From NCBI GenBank assembly GCA_016926735.1, contig JAFGOA010000014.1, positions 28,112-92,111 of the forward strand: a DNA stretch of 64,000 nt. The letters run 5' to 3'. The number at the start of each line of letters is the position of its first letter. Position 1 is the first letter of the stretch. Below, in pieces: positions 23,901-38,900 of the stretch. Below the pieces are notes generated by a model that did not search any database, was not told the DNA's origin, and saw only the letters and a program-made list of their open reading frames with translations. The stretch is from Promethearchaeota archaeon. Lineage in GTDB: Archaea > Asgardarchaeota > Lokiarchaeia > Sigyniarchaeales > SOKP01. Made by a program: the position numbers and the translations under genes.

Positions 23901-26900
23901 AGGTATAACAAGTCGCTATCTCCAATTCCCTTAGAAGATATTTATTATATCCCCTTATCTTTATGTAATGCCTCATCTAATGAAATTTTGAGATTTTCAA
24001 CTATACGTTGGATCTCCTCAGTAGATTATTTACCTGCATCTGAATTTGCATCTAAATATTATTATACGAGTTTTAAAGTGCCAGATTGTCTGGGGACGCA
24101 TAATATTAGCTTCATCTCCTCTGGAACATCATTATATAAGATAAATATTGATAATGCTCCAATAATAGCACTCAATGTTACTCAAGAAGGACTTTCTGAG
24201 TCTGAACCTCTATATCTAGAAGAAGATCAATATGAAGTAAAATATAGAGAGGACTTCATGCTTAAGGGGTGCATTTTAGATAATGATGATGTTATTGTAA
24301 AAGATGAGGTATATGATTATTGGTATCAGACGGCATACGATGGAGAAACCACTCATAAGCTAGATATTATATCTCCTTATGGAGATAAAAATTTTATCGA
24401 TACAACACAGGTTGCTGTGTATTATATAAATGAGGATTCTGAAAAAGCTCCACTTTATATTAATATGGATAATATATATTATTTAGATAATACAATAATC
24501 AATTCAGATAAAGTTCCTGAAATTCGATACAGTAATAATCAATTTAATCTAAATATATACTGGAATACCTCTTCCATTAATTTTATAGATTATGATACTA
24601 CTTTACTCGTCTCATATAAAATAATAAAAGGACAACCAATATCTCCCCTTTCTTACAGTAAAATAGATGATTTAGGACACAATATGTATTCAAATTTAAT
24701 CGAAATACCTTTTGTAGAATATGATCTTATAAATAAAGAGTGGATCACCAAAAAGTCTATAACAGACAGATTCTCAATTGATAAGAACTTGCTGTATTAT
24801 GAGACCTATCAAAAAAATACCAATATTGAAGGACCAAGTTATTTAGTAAATGGAGAGAGAATTAATCTAGATATTCTTTCTTTTGAACATGCTTATGTAA
24901 ATAAATCCAATACCCTAATTCCAATAGAATTGTTACCTGAAAATTATACATATTCCATTATAGATGGAACACTTCATTTTGAATATTTAGATTTTAAACA
25001 AGGAGATATTGTTACAATTGGATACTATGCATATCATCCAATTATGTTGGATTATTCCCTAGAAGAGCAAAATCTCGAATATATTCGTCTTATCTCTCAA
25101 TCAAATTACTCTAACTATTATGAATTTACCCAATCTAAATATAAAATTTCTGAAGATGGATTCACTTTATTTTTACAAAGTTTAGGAGATATCGATTTTG
25201 AGACATCTGAATTTGATATTTATGATCTTATTGAAGTAAAATATCATGCATCCTTAACAAGAAGAGTTGATCTATCTAGTAGTATTCTACTATTGGTTCA
25301 AGATGAGACGGGTAATTACCTACCAGTTGATACAATTCCTATTGATAGTTTAGGATTATTTGAATATCAAAAGACATTTTCAATTGATAGTCTTCCATTA
25401 CCTATGAATTATGGAAAGACTCTTGTAAATATGAGAATAGATTATTTACCAATTAATATTTATGACAAAACTAAAGAATCCATCCAACAAATTGATTATG
25501 AATTTGAGGGTAAGAAAAGATATTCAATAAAAGAATCTAATGATTGGAATAAGGAATTTCGAATCTATACTATTCCAAGAAAAGTTAAGCTGGAAATGAT
25601 AGAAGATCCAACTCAACAAATGGTGGTAAGTCAGACATTTAAGGAAAATAGAGAATATCAATTAAATCAAAATCCATTAGAGACAATTGAACAAGGAGAA
25701 GAATATTCATCTCTGCAAATTGATGCTTTAGTAAAGCAAGATTATGATTTTACCTTTAAACTTACAGATTTTAGTGAGAACAATCCTATTGAAAATTCAA
25801 TTGTTTGGGCTCATATCGGATTAATACCAAAAAGCGAGACGCAATTTCTAAATCCTAAAGCTATAACTGACAGTGGATTACCGATTTATTATGAATCTTT
25901 AGGAACTGAGCTATTTAGCTCAAGAGGTCCAGGCGAAGGACCGAATAAGATGTATGGATGCCCTCTTATCTATGATAATGATAATACATTTTTCTCATAT
26001 GGACCATATTATTGGGATTATCGAATCACTAATGAACTGGGAGAGGTATCATTCAATATCTCTTTAGATCAAGATTATCTTGAAGATTTCAAACAGAATT
26101 TTGGGGATTCAGAAGATATTACTTCAATTGAAGATGTTGTCCTTTATATTAGAGTCTTTTCCTCATATTTTAATTGGCAGGATATGAGTATTGATCATCC
26201 AGAACATTATATATGCTCAAAGCAGGGAGATATATTTGATGGTCAATCCATTCTTGAAAATTATGATTTCACTGATTTATCCCTTCAAGATTCTACTTAT
26301 GCTGAAGGGATTATAAGATTACATAAAAAAGATATTGCATTGGGGATTGTTGATAGACTATCATATCAATTAAGAGAAAATATTCCTGAATATGATGATT
26401 TTTCATTTAATATATATTGTACTGAAGCAGAACCCATTCCAAGTTCTTCTTCTCTCTCTCTGTCCTCTCTTCTTCAAGTCTATGAATCAAAAGATTTAGA
26501 AGCTACAATGACGAGTATTCTAAATGAAAATCATTCATATATTTTAAAAGCGAAATTCATTGATCCTCAAGGGAATGCTGTAAGGAATCCTTATATCACA
26601 GAAGAAAAATCCTATGACTTTTTCTTTTCAATAAAAAATGGATTTAATAGTGGAAAGATCACAATTCCAAATGATACAATAGCATACATCATAAATGCTT
26701 TAGGTCTTGGAATGTCCACTATTCAAATTCAAGTATTAGAATCAGCATATTATAAATTTTCTCCAATTATCACAGTACCTTTTGATATCCAATCTGAAAA
26801 TTATCTAAGGTTCGGAGAAAAAAATCTAAAATTAGATTTGATTGAGCCATATATCTCAGCATGGGGAAATGCCTATAGTAATAATGAGGAAATGCCATTT

Positions 26901-29900
26901 GAATCTAATTACCCCTATTTAATTGGAACTCTATGGGTAGAACCTGAAATTGATGGAGGAAATGATCTATCGATTCAGGACTATATTGAAATGAACATAG
27001 ATTGTACTATTTACAATGATGATGGTACAACAAGCACATTTCCTCTACGAGAGGGAGTAATGATACGCCCCGGTAATCATGATGGAATCATGACATTTTC
27101 CATTGGATTAGGACCTGAAGATGCTTTCCTAATGGGACTGGAATGTGATATAAATTTACGTTTCAATATAGATTATACTAAAGATCAAATTTATCAAGAT
27201 CAAAGGGATATAGAGATCTATTTACTTGATCTTAGACTTGAATCCAATCCAACAAGTAATAATCCAACTATTTATTGGTCTATTTACAATGATAAATTTA
27301 GTTCAGAGAATATAGACATTGATATAACAAATGGAATTAGCGAGGCATCAGGATTATTAACATTACGAGATCAAGAAATCTTTTTTATATATTCAAATGA
27401 TACTAAAAGATATGGATTACCTTCTGAAAATGAATTACTTTCCTTAAAATCTCAAGAGAATATAATCCCTATTACTGTGAAAGGCGTAAAAGACGGATCT
27501 GAATATGAATTTAGAAGAGATATTGATTATATTATACCCTATATTCATTCGGAAAATCTTGAAAATGCATCTATCATAGAGTTTATAGAATATCCAGATG
27601 AAGAAACAGAATTTAGTATAACCTATATGTTTGATTTTAATTATGATTCTAATTATTATGGTCTTATTTCACTAGGATACTCAAATACCCTTAATCAAAG
27701 CTCAATAAATTTAAAAATACCCAAATCTCTTCTTCCAGAATCTAGTAAGGCTAAATCACCAATGTTTACAAGATTTACTGATAGGTTTATTGGAACAGGA
27801 ATACAAAGTGAATTTATTTTAGATTATTCGCTTGATGACACCCCTATTTGGAATGATGATAATTTTATTATTTATAATTCCCGAGAAATTGAAAGTCAAA
27901 ATGGAAATTTCAATGTAGATTTATATCAAGGGTATCCAAGATTAATCTTCGAAAATGCTCCACCTTCTGATTTAGAATTTAAAGTTATGTATGGTATTAA
28001 ATCTGGATATAATCTTGGTTATGGATTTCAAAAAATAGATAAATCATACAGTGATTCCATTAGGTTACTATATTATGGTGAGACTCCTTCTTCTCAAATA
28101 ATAGATGAGATGAGAAAGCCTCTCACTTCTTACAATCCTAATAATAATTCCCTTTATATTGCTTTAGATAATTCAGAAAAGACAAGATTAGAATTACTGA
28201 GTTTACCATTGTTATATGCACCTGAGATCAGCCTATATTTTGTGTTTGATGAGATTATATTGGATTTAATAGAAAAGTATAATGAATTGGATAAAAACAA
28301 CTTAAAAATCGAATTTAAATATACAACTAATGATGGATTTTATGAATTTTACTCTGATCCTATTTTTATAGATTTGGATTATAATGAGCTATATTTTGAT
28401 ATAGAAAACAATGCTTATACCTTTAGTTATCAAAAAGATTTGCAACCAATTTATGATATGGTTGGAACAAATAATCTTGATATAGAAATTAAAATTTCCG
28501 AATTGGGCGATAATGTTCATATTCCATATCTTATTTTAGATTCCTTTGAATATCTAACGGATGAAAGAATCATTGAGACTTATAATAATATACCTCTAGA
28601 CAACAAAGGAGATATGGATATAGATTCAATTATTAATACTAATCACTATTATCAAATATTTAGTACAGATTTAATCACAGAATATAATCTATTGAGCAAT
28701 TCTGAAGTTACAGTAGGACTTAAAGACCTTCAAGACACAGAATTAGTATCCCTTCAAAAAACTGAGAATGAAGAATTTAATTTCCTATATTATGGAGATG
28801 AGAGGACAATATCGCTTGATGATTCAAGCTATATTCCAAATTTAGGGATGTTCATTAATACTTATGAATCTAATGAAATTGGGTATCAAGATGGCTTTCT
28901 CGATCTCTATTATGGTTCTGGGACTGAAATAGATGGGGAAAAGTATTACGATAAGGATATTTATATGGAATATGGTACTTATGCGGTTGCTGATTATTAT
29001 TCTAGAGTTGTTGATTATACCTCTATTTCGTGGGAAGATTGTTACGAGTTTACTGATAAATTCCTAACAACAGACAATATAGACGTATCAGGGGAAGTTT
29101 TCTATCATCAATTATTTAGTTTAAATTCTGATATAAACAATTCTGCTGTAATGAATTCTATTTTCCCAGAATATGATAACATTTATTTTGGTATTGAACT
29201 AGCAAGGGATCTTGATATCTCAAGGATAGGAGCTGTTGGGAAGCCCTATTATTACGCTATAGGGGCACAAGGATTTCCAATTGGGGAATATCGAGAATTA
29301 TACTGTAATGTTATAGCAAATGGAGATCAGATATATAATCCTACTCCTTCACAATTTGTCATAGAAAAAGAGAGTGAGTATCGGTTAGCGTATGATGAAA
29401 ATAATACGGCATACCTACTTTTCTTCATTCCTTTATATGAATTAAGCACATTTACAGATATAAATGATTATATTATGGTGGATTTCTGGGCAAATGCAGA
29501 ATTTACTTATGGAAAAGATTATTATATACATGAAAATCCAGAAAACTCATATATCTCGGAATTAGAATTCGATTTTAGTTATAGTAGTGTATATTCATAT
29601 AATGTACATCCAGATTTTAAAAACAATAATCATTTCAATATTAAATATTATGCCTTGGAGTGGGAAAATGCTAATGAACATTATATTATGGATTCTTCAG
29701 ATTCATTTACATTCCAAGAAAAAGAAAAATATAATATCTCCATTTTATATTCAAATGCTAAAAATTCAGATAAATTCAGTGTTCAATATCTTGTTCCAGA
29801 AGGACAATACATGAAAGGTTCAGAGCTTTTTACAACTATATATACTTTAATGCAAAATAGCAACAATGAAGAAAAATTAATACAAATTAATATAGGCGAC

Positions 29901-32900
29901 AATAATAATCTAATTTTACAGGAAGCACCAAATTCATATAATTATACAATTAATATTGATGAGATTGAAAGTTATGTGAACCTTATATATGGAATTCCTT
30001 ATAGAATTATAGAAGATTCCTATGTGTATGTTCTAGCAGAATTTAATTCAACTATGCTAAAATATAGTATGAGTCATACACCATTTAATTATAAATATGT
30101 AGATCCATCAAAAGGAGATTATCATATTGAATTAATTATTGATGGTGAGTCTATTGCATTTTCAAATCAGATCCTTTTCCATGAGTATATAAAAGAAATT
30201 AAAGAAAATTATATTTATTTTAATAATAAAGAAAGAGGACAAATAGGATATATTTCTCCTCAGAGTGAGATTACTTTAAAATACAAATTCAAACTTCAAC
30301 CAGGTATTCTGGAAAGAAAGCATTTTTTGATACTTAGCTATCCCTATTCAAATATATTTAATACGGAAATGGGACTAACCACTTCAAGTGATACTAAATA
30401 TAGAGAGACGTATAGAAAATTATCGGGAGGCTCAATTATATCTCCATTTGATTATAGTATCTCTATAGATGATACCTATAGTCTTTATTTGAGTTATAGA
30501 TTAAATCAAAGGGATTATTATGAGCAAAAATTTACGATTCAGGCTCAAAATTATGTATCATGGGAAAATGGCTATATTTACAAATTTATCCCTGATGACT
30601 TAAGAGAAAATGGATATATTGAAGTTTTAAAGACTGATGATAATATAAATTCTGTTAATGTGTATTATTTTGATAATTTTGGACATATGAAATTCCTCGA
30701 TAAGACACATTATAATCTTGATTTTAGCACAGGTAGAATCTTAATTGAAAATGATGGAAATGAACTTGTAGGACCTAGTTTATTGAAAAAAGAATTTTAT
30801 GTATCTTTCCTTTCTAATCCCAATGATAAGGAACTAGCAAGTTATCAATTCTCCTATGATTCTACAAAAGATATAGTGGAGACCTTAGATGTTAATTATT
30901 GGGATATAATTGGAATAGACGATATTGATATAATCCCAAATTTAGATGCATATTATTATATCAATGAACAAAAATCAACCTTAACCAATACTGTATGTCT
31001 TGCATCCCAAATATCTACTTATTTAAAGGATGGAACTGAATTAGAATTTGATATTTCAGCTGAATTGGAGCAATCTAATAGTGAACTACTTAGTGCGATT
31101 CATGAAGGCAAATATTCAGTTCTACACGTAGATGCACATATTGATAATTTAGAAAGTGTTAAGAAATTAATAATCGAATTGTATGATAATTTTGGTAGTG
31201 TAATTCATACTCATTCTATAGTAAAAGAAGAAATTGAAATGTATGATAATGATCTTAGAATAGAATTACCAGACGGTCCTAATTCCCTTCAGACCATTAG
31301 AATAATACCCATATTTAGAGATGATAATGAATATTCTAGTAATAATGATATTGGAATTTCTCAAATTCAAGCAACAAAATGGGATAATGCGTTAGTCTCT
31401 ATTAATGAAGATGGAATTGAATATATGGATGTTACATTACAATATGATCTAAAGACAGACCTATCTACATCTGGATATGAACTTGCCTATATTTTCAATG
31501 ATAAACTAGAATACCTAGAGCTTCCTGAAAATATATCTATTGCTTATGACACTTTAACTGATGAGAATGGAAATATATTATCATATCATTTAAAAATCCC
31601 AAGTGTCTATATTCATCCCAAAACTAAAGAAACAACTAAGTTTCATCATGATGATATAATTGTAATTCGTTATAATTCTCCAATTAAGCGTGGAATTACT
31701 CTAACTGTTGGGAAAATGTACTTTGAAAATAATATCCATCAAGATTTAGAGAAAGCAGAGATTATGTTTGTGAATGCTGATTCCCAAAATTCCTATTCTC
31801 AATTTACAGAAGATTATTATTATTCAGTTCCTCTTCAGGTAACTCCCTTTGAAACTGAATATTCTGGTAGATTTAAAGCTATAAAGATAGAATTAAATTT
31901 CTCTGATTTATTTAAACAACAAAATGCAAATACATTAGATTTTAGTGATATTGTGGTATCTGTGCCTCATCCAAATTACGAGCTGACTATAAACGAAATT
32001 GTACTTTTGAAAGACTCCCAAATAACCGCCGAAAGTGGAGATGTCGATAGTAGGGTATGGCAATATTGTGAAATTGAGATGTTTGAGGCAAGTGAGACGC
32101 CTGAAAATGACGTTTACCAATTACAATTAGATGAGTTACCTCTGTTCTATCCTAATACTGAGTGGATTGAATATTTAAGTATTTATGATGAGAACGGTAA
32201 TTATTATACAGCAGGATTAACAGGAGATCAATATCAGCTTCATTATGATGGAACTTCAAATGAATTTAGGTGGAATCCTTCATTTAATCAATACCCTTCC
32301 TACTTTGGAATGGAATTTGAAGAAACTCTGATAATTGAGCCTAATACAACTCTTTATTTCCAATATTGTACTAATGATTCTTGGAATACACCTATTAGAA
32401 TAGAACAGGAAAATATTGCTCTCAATTCTATTCGAGTTGTGTATGATTATAACTATTTGTTAAAACCTGAATATTACGAGTGGTATAGAGATTATTTTAA
32501 TCCAACTCATTCATATGAAAATATTGCATATTCATTTCAAGATTCAGTAGAATATGAGGTAGTACAGTATTATCATGAGTCATTTACTATCTATGAGGGT
32601 GTTAATCAATATGAATATCAATTTGATACAGATGATTATAATTTTCAGGATGATTTTATTGATTGTAATTTATATCAAGTAATTGGATTAACCCCTACTT
32701 TTGAATCAGAAGTACTAACTGATAATCCAGATTATCTTATTGAATTTTATCCCTCTAACAATTCAGTCTTAATCTTAAATATCAATAATGAAAATTTAAA
32801 TAAATTTGATTTAATTACAATAGTTTTAAATTACAAATATGGACCTATTTCTTCCTATACAGAAATACATCTATTAGATGTCTTTAATCAGACATATTTA

Positions 32901-35900
32901 GAAAATCCGAGAGATAGTTTTGATAATCATTTAAGCATAGATTTTAGTTTTATAAGTACTTCTGGAAATATTATATTTACCCAAAGTGCCAATGTAATTA
33001 CAAGTGATATAACTTCATTTATTCCTATATCTTACACTACTAATTTAGATATATGTGACGATAATAATCATCTTCTTAACTATAATTCTGAATTATATGA
33101 TCATTTTGAATTGTACACTGATCAAAGCTCTATTATTTATGAAGCAGATGTAGATCTCAATGGTGAACCTGAATACAAGCATATAATAGATATTGATAAA
33201 GATGGTATAATAGATGTTATAAAATATGGAATACAAGATGCTGAAAATGCAGGACAGATACTTTGGCATACTGTAATTCAAAATTATAATGGATTTGAGA
33301 CGAAAATCACCAGAGAAAAAGGAGATGATCTAGAGACTAAATGGTTTGATGTAGATGACAAAGCATTTTCTCATTATGATTTTAATATATGGAAACTAGT
33401 TGGGATGGTTTTATTTATGCCTCTATTACTCCAAGGATTGTTTAGTATGATCTCTCCTTCAAGTGATTATTGGGCTCAGAAAAAAGAGCAAACGATGATT
33501 ACAAAGGAAGAGGCTGTAAATCATAAATTTTATAGTATAACCTTAGATAAAGATTATGATGGTTTAGCCGATCAGCAGATTGTATATGAAAGAAATGAAG
33601 CAATACTATCCTATAAAGTCGAGACGTTTGAGAAAACCTTACTTGTAGCAAAAAACAAAGGCAATGGTCTTATCCATCAACCATTAGAGAATATTTCTAT
33701 TAATAAATATAATGATTTAGTATTTAATGATGAGCTAACCGAAGATTTACTTGATTCTGGTGATTTTACAAATTCTAATCATTATATTTTAGCAAATGAA
33801 GATATTCTTAGAGCTTCTTATAGGAAATTTACAGAAAATAGTTCTACATTTTATCAAGATAGTTATTCACAGGAAAAGATCACAATTACAGATTACAGAG
33901 ACGGTGAGATTTCCGAGCAGAGAATTTATCTTGATGATTTTAGAAGTAATGAAATTGATGAAATTGAACCTTATTTTACTTCCTTTATTCAAAGTCAACA
34001 AATAACTAACATCGAGACTGGAGAGCAGACAACGATAAGCTTTGATCCTCAACTTCCATTCACAGATCCTATAGATATCTCTTGGGAAGGTGAGACATGG
34101 GGGATTGATAATGTTCCTATTAAATTGGATTCTCTTCAGGTATTAGGAGAGAATTCCTACTCTTCAAATAGATTTGAAAAAGATATTTATCTTACGATAC
34201 CAAATCGATTTTCTTTATATAATGATTATGGTAAAATATCTAAGGATAGTGTTGTAAATAATGGCTATGCTCAATTTAAAGCTAGTGGTGTATTAATAAC
34301 TACAACTGATGATAAAGTCTATTATACAGGAGATATTGATTCCTTCATTGATGGAAGTGCTAAGACCGAAGGCAAGTATTTTTATCATGATAGTAATCAA
34401 GATGGATTTTATGAAACAGTCTATATCTTAAGTGCTAATCCAACAGAAGCAGAAGATGGACTTCCTATATATGATGTTATTTCAATTGCGTTTAATTATG
34501 ATGGAGTCCATGATGTAGCTCCATACGGACAGATATATAAAAGTGAAATTACAAAGACAGATCTTAATGATTTAAGCTCAGATAAATTAAAAATGGGAGA
34601 CTGGATTTATAGCTATGGTAATATTAGATCTGAAAAATTGTTATTCCCAGAAGAAAATGAGATTTGGGAGAAATATAAACCGAAGGATCATATTTTTGAA
34701 CTATATAAACTTGTAGATATTTCACAAAATCCAAAATTCTCAGAGCTTTTCTATGAAATTCGACATAAGACATATTCAGATGCATGGGAAATTTATAAAG
34801 ACCAATTGTCAGCAGATATAATAGAACAGGTATTTACAACCACAACAGCTTCTGTTATTGCTGGAATTGTAGAAGCAATAATGACCGCAAGTATTATTTT
34901 AGCCCCTTTTGCACATGGGGCTGGAATCCTCACCTATTTTGGTGTATATACATTAATGACAAAGTATTTTATCGATCTAAAAGTTCATCGGTCAAATTCA
35001 ATTTTGAAATCTCAGACGTTCTATCCCACAGATAAAGACAAGAAGACTCCTACATCTCTAAATGAGAGGATGTGGATGGATCGAATTCTAAAAGATTCTA
35101 TGGCATCTGCTCTGATAGGTCATCCTGGGGGGTATTATAGAACTCTATCAGGGGGTATCTCAGGAGAAAAATATACAGCAGAGATTTTAGTTTCACCGCC
35201 AAATGGCGATAGGATCTTTAACTCTATGTCAGGATTTCTTGATTTGTTATGGGAGAATTTTTGGGATATGGGAGAATCTAATCCAGATGTCTATACTGCT
35301 CTTGATTTTGATGATCTTAATTTAGATTATTTCTTGCTAACAAACGATTTATTTGCTCTTAATGGAAGGACTGATAAAAAAGAATATTCATTTAGCCTTC
35401 AAAATTATAATAATGGAATCTATAATGAATATCGGCAGACTACGCTTGGAGCTCTTCAAAATATGGTATCTATTGAATCTCAGAATGGTTTAAACACGAT
35501 AAGAGCAACTTGTGTTAATGGAAGACCTGAATATGAGTTTATAAATAAAGATTCCATTCAATTTAATTCTATTTTACCGTTATCTGCATTATCTAAGCCA
35601 ATAATTCTAAGTAAGGAACGCTACTTACAAATTAATCCATTAAAAGGACATTTAACAATTGATGTTCAATGTGTAGGTGATCCGAATACATTAGGAATTT
35701 GTGCTTATGATATGAATTCAATAGAAAATCAATTCTATAAATCTAAAATATGCATTAATGAAGAGAGTTTCGATTATCCAATTTCAACCATCTATATTGA
35801 TATTATTCAGGAAGATGTGGAAAATGGAGTTCAATATCTTGCTCAAGGAATTGATATTAATAGCTCTGAATTTCTATTAGATGATGGAAATATCTATTTC

Positions 35901-38900
35901 ACAAGACCAATAGACACGATTCTTACTGAAAAATATAATCCTTTGAAAAATCTGCTAAATAATAGAATACTTGTTGGAAACAGTGATTCAAAACTGTATT
36001 ACAAAGTTCATATCTTATTTGATGTAGTTGTAGAAGATACAACAGAATTAACAAGTAGATTAGCATTAGCTCAAGCAACCCAATATGCTGTTATGGACTA
36101 CTTTAGTCAATACACGTTTGCTGAAGTTTCTGCAAATATGATCAGCGAAATTGCCTATACCGAGACATTAACCTTTTGGTCAACAGTAATTTCTGCTCCT
36201 GCTTCTTACTTTGCCTCAACAGCTGTATCTGCCACATTGCTTCATGTATTTTCACAAGCAGGAAGTCAGCTAGCAAAAAGTGCCCTAACCTCAATAATTA
36301 CTTCCTTTAAAACGAATATTATAAAGACAATGTTTAACGCTCTAACTATCGCTCCAATAAGGGAAGTATTTGAAGAAATCATCTTAGATGGATTTATCGA
36401 GTCCCTTTCAGAAGGATTTGTAGATTTTATTGGCGGTACTGACGATATGGCATTTTGGCTCTCCTCTATTGGCACATCAGCAAGAGAGACAGTAGGACCT
36501 GTAGGAACATTGATTCGGGGAGGAGATAAGAATATTAAGACTCAGCTTTCTCTTATGAAAGCTCACAAAGCAGGGGATATAAACGCCATACTTGAGATTG
36601 AACAAAGAATAGCTCAGGAACATGAGCAAAAAATGCAATCAGAAGCACAAAAAGAGCAACAAAAATCTACATGGAAACGATTATTAAGCTCAAAATTGTT
36701 TAATCTACTGATTCTTGCGATGCCAACCATGTTTATCTCTCCATTAGCATTAGGAACGCTAAATCTAATGATAAATAGTATAGGAGGGGATAGTTCCAAG
36801 CAAAATTCCAATGTGTATGGAAAAATAAAATCTCGATTCCAAGCATTTAAGACTAATAGAATACCAAGAATAAGCTATGATGTAGATCCTTCCCTATCAG
36901 CTGAAAGTGTATTTCTCAGAAATATCGAAAAACAAATGAAAAAACCAACAGAATTGGATAGTGTTGATCTTTATTCTATTTTTAGAGGGCTTCAAGAAGT
37001 AGAGATTAATGATCCTGCTCTTACGATTTTATTTCCTGAGATCAATCCAAATCCAAAAAATATTGAGAAAGAGGTTTTAGTAAATAAATTTAATGAAATT
37101 AGAATTACAAATTGGATTCAAGAAATTACAAGTGATTATAGATTTAGAGAATTTAAAGGAAAATTTGAAGATATAAAACAAAATACTAAAAATCTCGGAT
37201 TTGAGAAAAGATCAGAAAAAATAATTCAGCAAATTAAATCAATTGTCAAAGAAAAATATCCTTCAAATCTAAGATTTATTGATGCTATTGGAATTGAAAG
37301 ATATGATCCTAATTTTATATTAGTTGGAAAAATGGTTCATGAAGCTAAAAGAGATTTGTTTATCAAAGACTATAGAGGTGCTAAATCTTATGTTCCAAAA
37401 ATTTCTGAAAATACAATTAGTAAAATGACCACAATTGAAGTTATAGATTATTTAAATGAACACTATTATGGTTTTGATAAGAATATTAACCTAATTATGA
37501 TGATGCTTGATGGTACGCTTATTCCTGATTATGTTAATCTAGCTGATTGGTTAGAGACGCATGGGTATACAATTAATGATGACATTATTATTTTACCTCA
37601 AAATCTTCCTTCAGATGGAAAAGAATTATTCAGTAAAGGAAATTGGGAGAAAGGAACACCATCTCCTTATTATCCCTCCTTAGAGAAGCTATACACTGAA
37701 GTAGGATATTTATTTGAAAGAGCAGGATTAATCAGAGCATTATATAGAGAAGGAGTATCCTTTAATGAAATAATATACGATTTATCTCTTTATATATATG
37801 GAGATTCTGAAGTTATTCCTCAGACGAGAATTGCTCGATATAAAAATGGTCAGCATTTTATTCCTCAACCAAATATGTACTATCAATTCTTATTTGACTT
37901 TATAGCAAAATTAGAACAATCATTAGATAAAGAGACTGCTGAAATATATATTAATGAACTTAAATCAATTTTTGATAAATATGGATTTTCTATATTTGGG
38001 GGTAGGTATGATAATCCATTTTACAATGATGCAAGATTTATTTCTTATAAAATTGCTTACATTTTATGGCAAAATAGGATAGTTTCCTCAAACTCTATAG
38101 AAGGACTTTCAGGGAATTTTTTCCCAGAAGAATATAAGTTAACTAGATTTTATAGTAGACTTGATAGAAATGTAGTAAAAGCATATACTCCAAGTGACCA
38201 TCCTCGAAATTCTATGGGTTATGCTATAGATAATCTGCGAGGACATATTATTCAGGCTATGAATACTAAGCAGGCTGACTTAGATGGTAATATATTAACA
38301 AACAAAAGAAAAAGTGAAATATTAGCAGAAATAAATAATTTATTGAATAATTATGATGCAAAGACTCAATCTTATTGGAAATGGTATAAAATGCTCACAA
38401 AAGGAGATAAGGATAATAAATACAATAGAGACAAATATGATTTTACCGATTTAATATTAGAGATAATCTTTTCTAATGAATTATTACCTCAAATAGGATT
38501 AATGAAGGATATGATAAATTTACTATTTGGAGGAGTAAGTGCTGTCTCTATAAAGACCATATTTGGAGATGCTGAGAAAATTTCAATTCGTACATTATTA
38601 AAAATGAAATTTATTGTCTCAAAATGGACTATTCATGACTTTGAGATCTTGGAAAGTAAGATTGCATTAGATAAGGACCACTTAATCCAAACTAAAGATA
38701 TAATCTTGAACGTACTTGAGAATTTTATTCGAGAAAGAGGGTATTTAGAAAAAGAGGTTATAAAGTATGGAAGAATATTCACTCAAAAAGATCTTATATT
38801 AGAATATAGTCTGATAAATGAATTATATAATTATCTTGCTGAAATTCAATATCTACAACAAAAAAATACTTTAAAGCAACCACTTATTTCAGACATAAAA

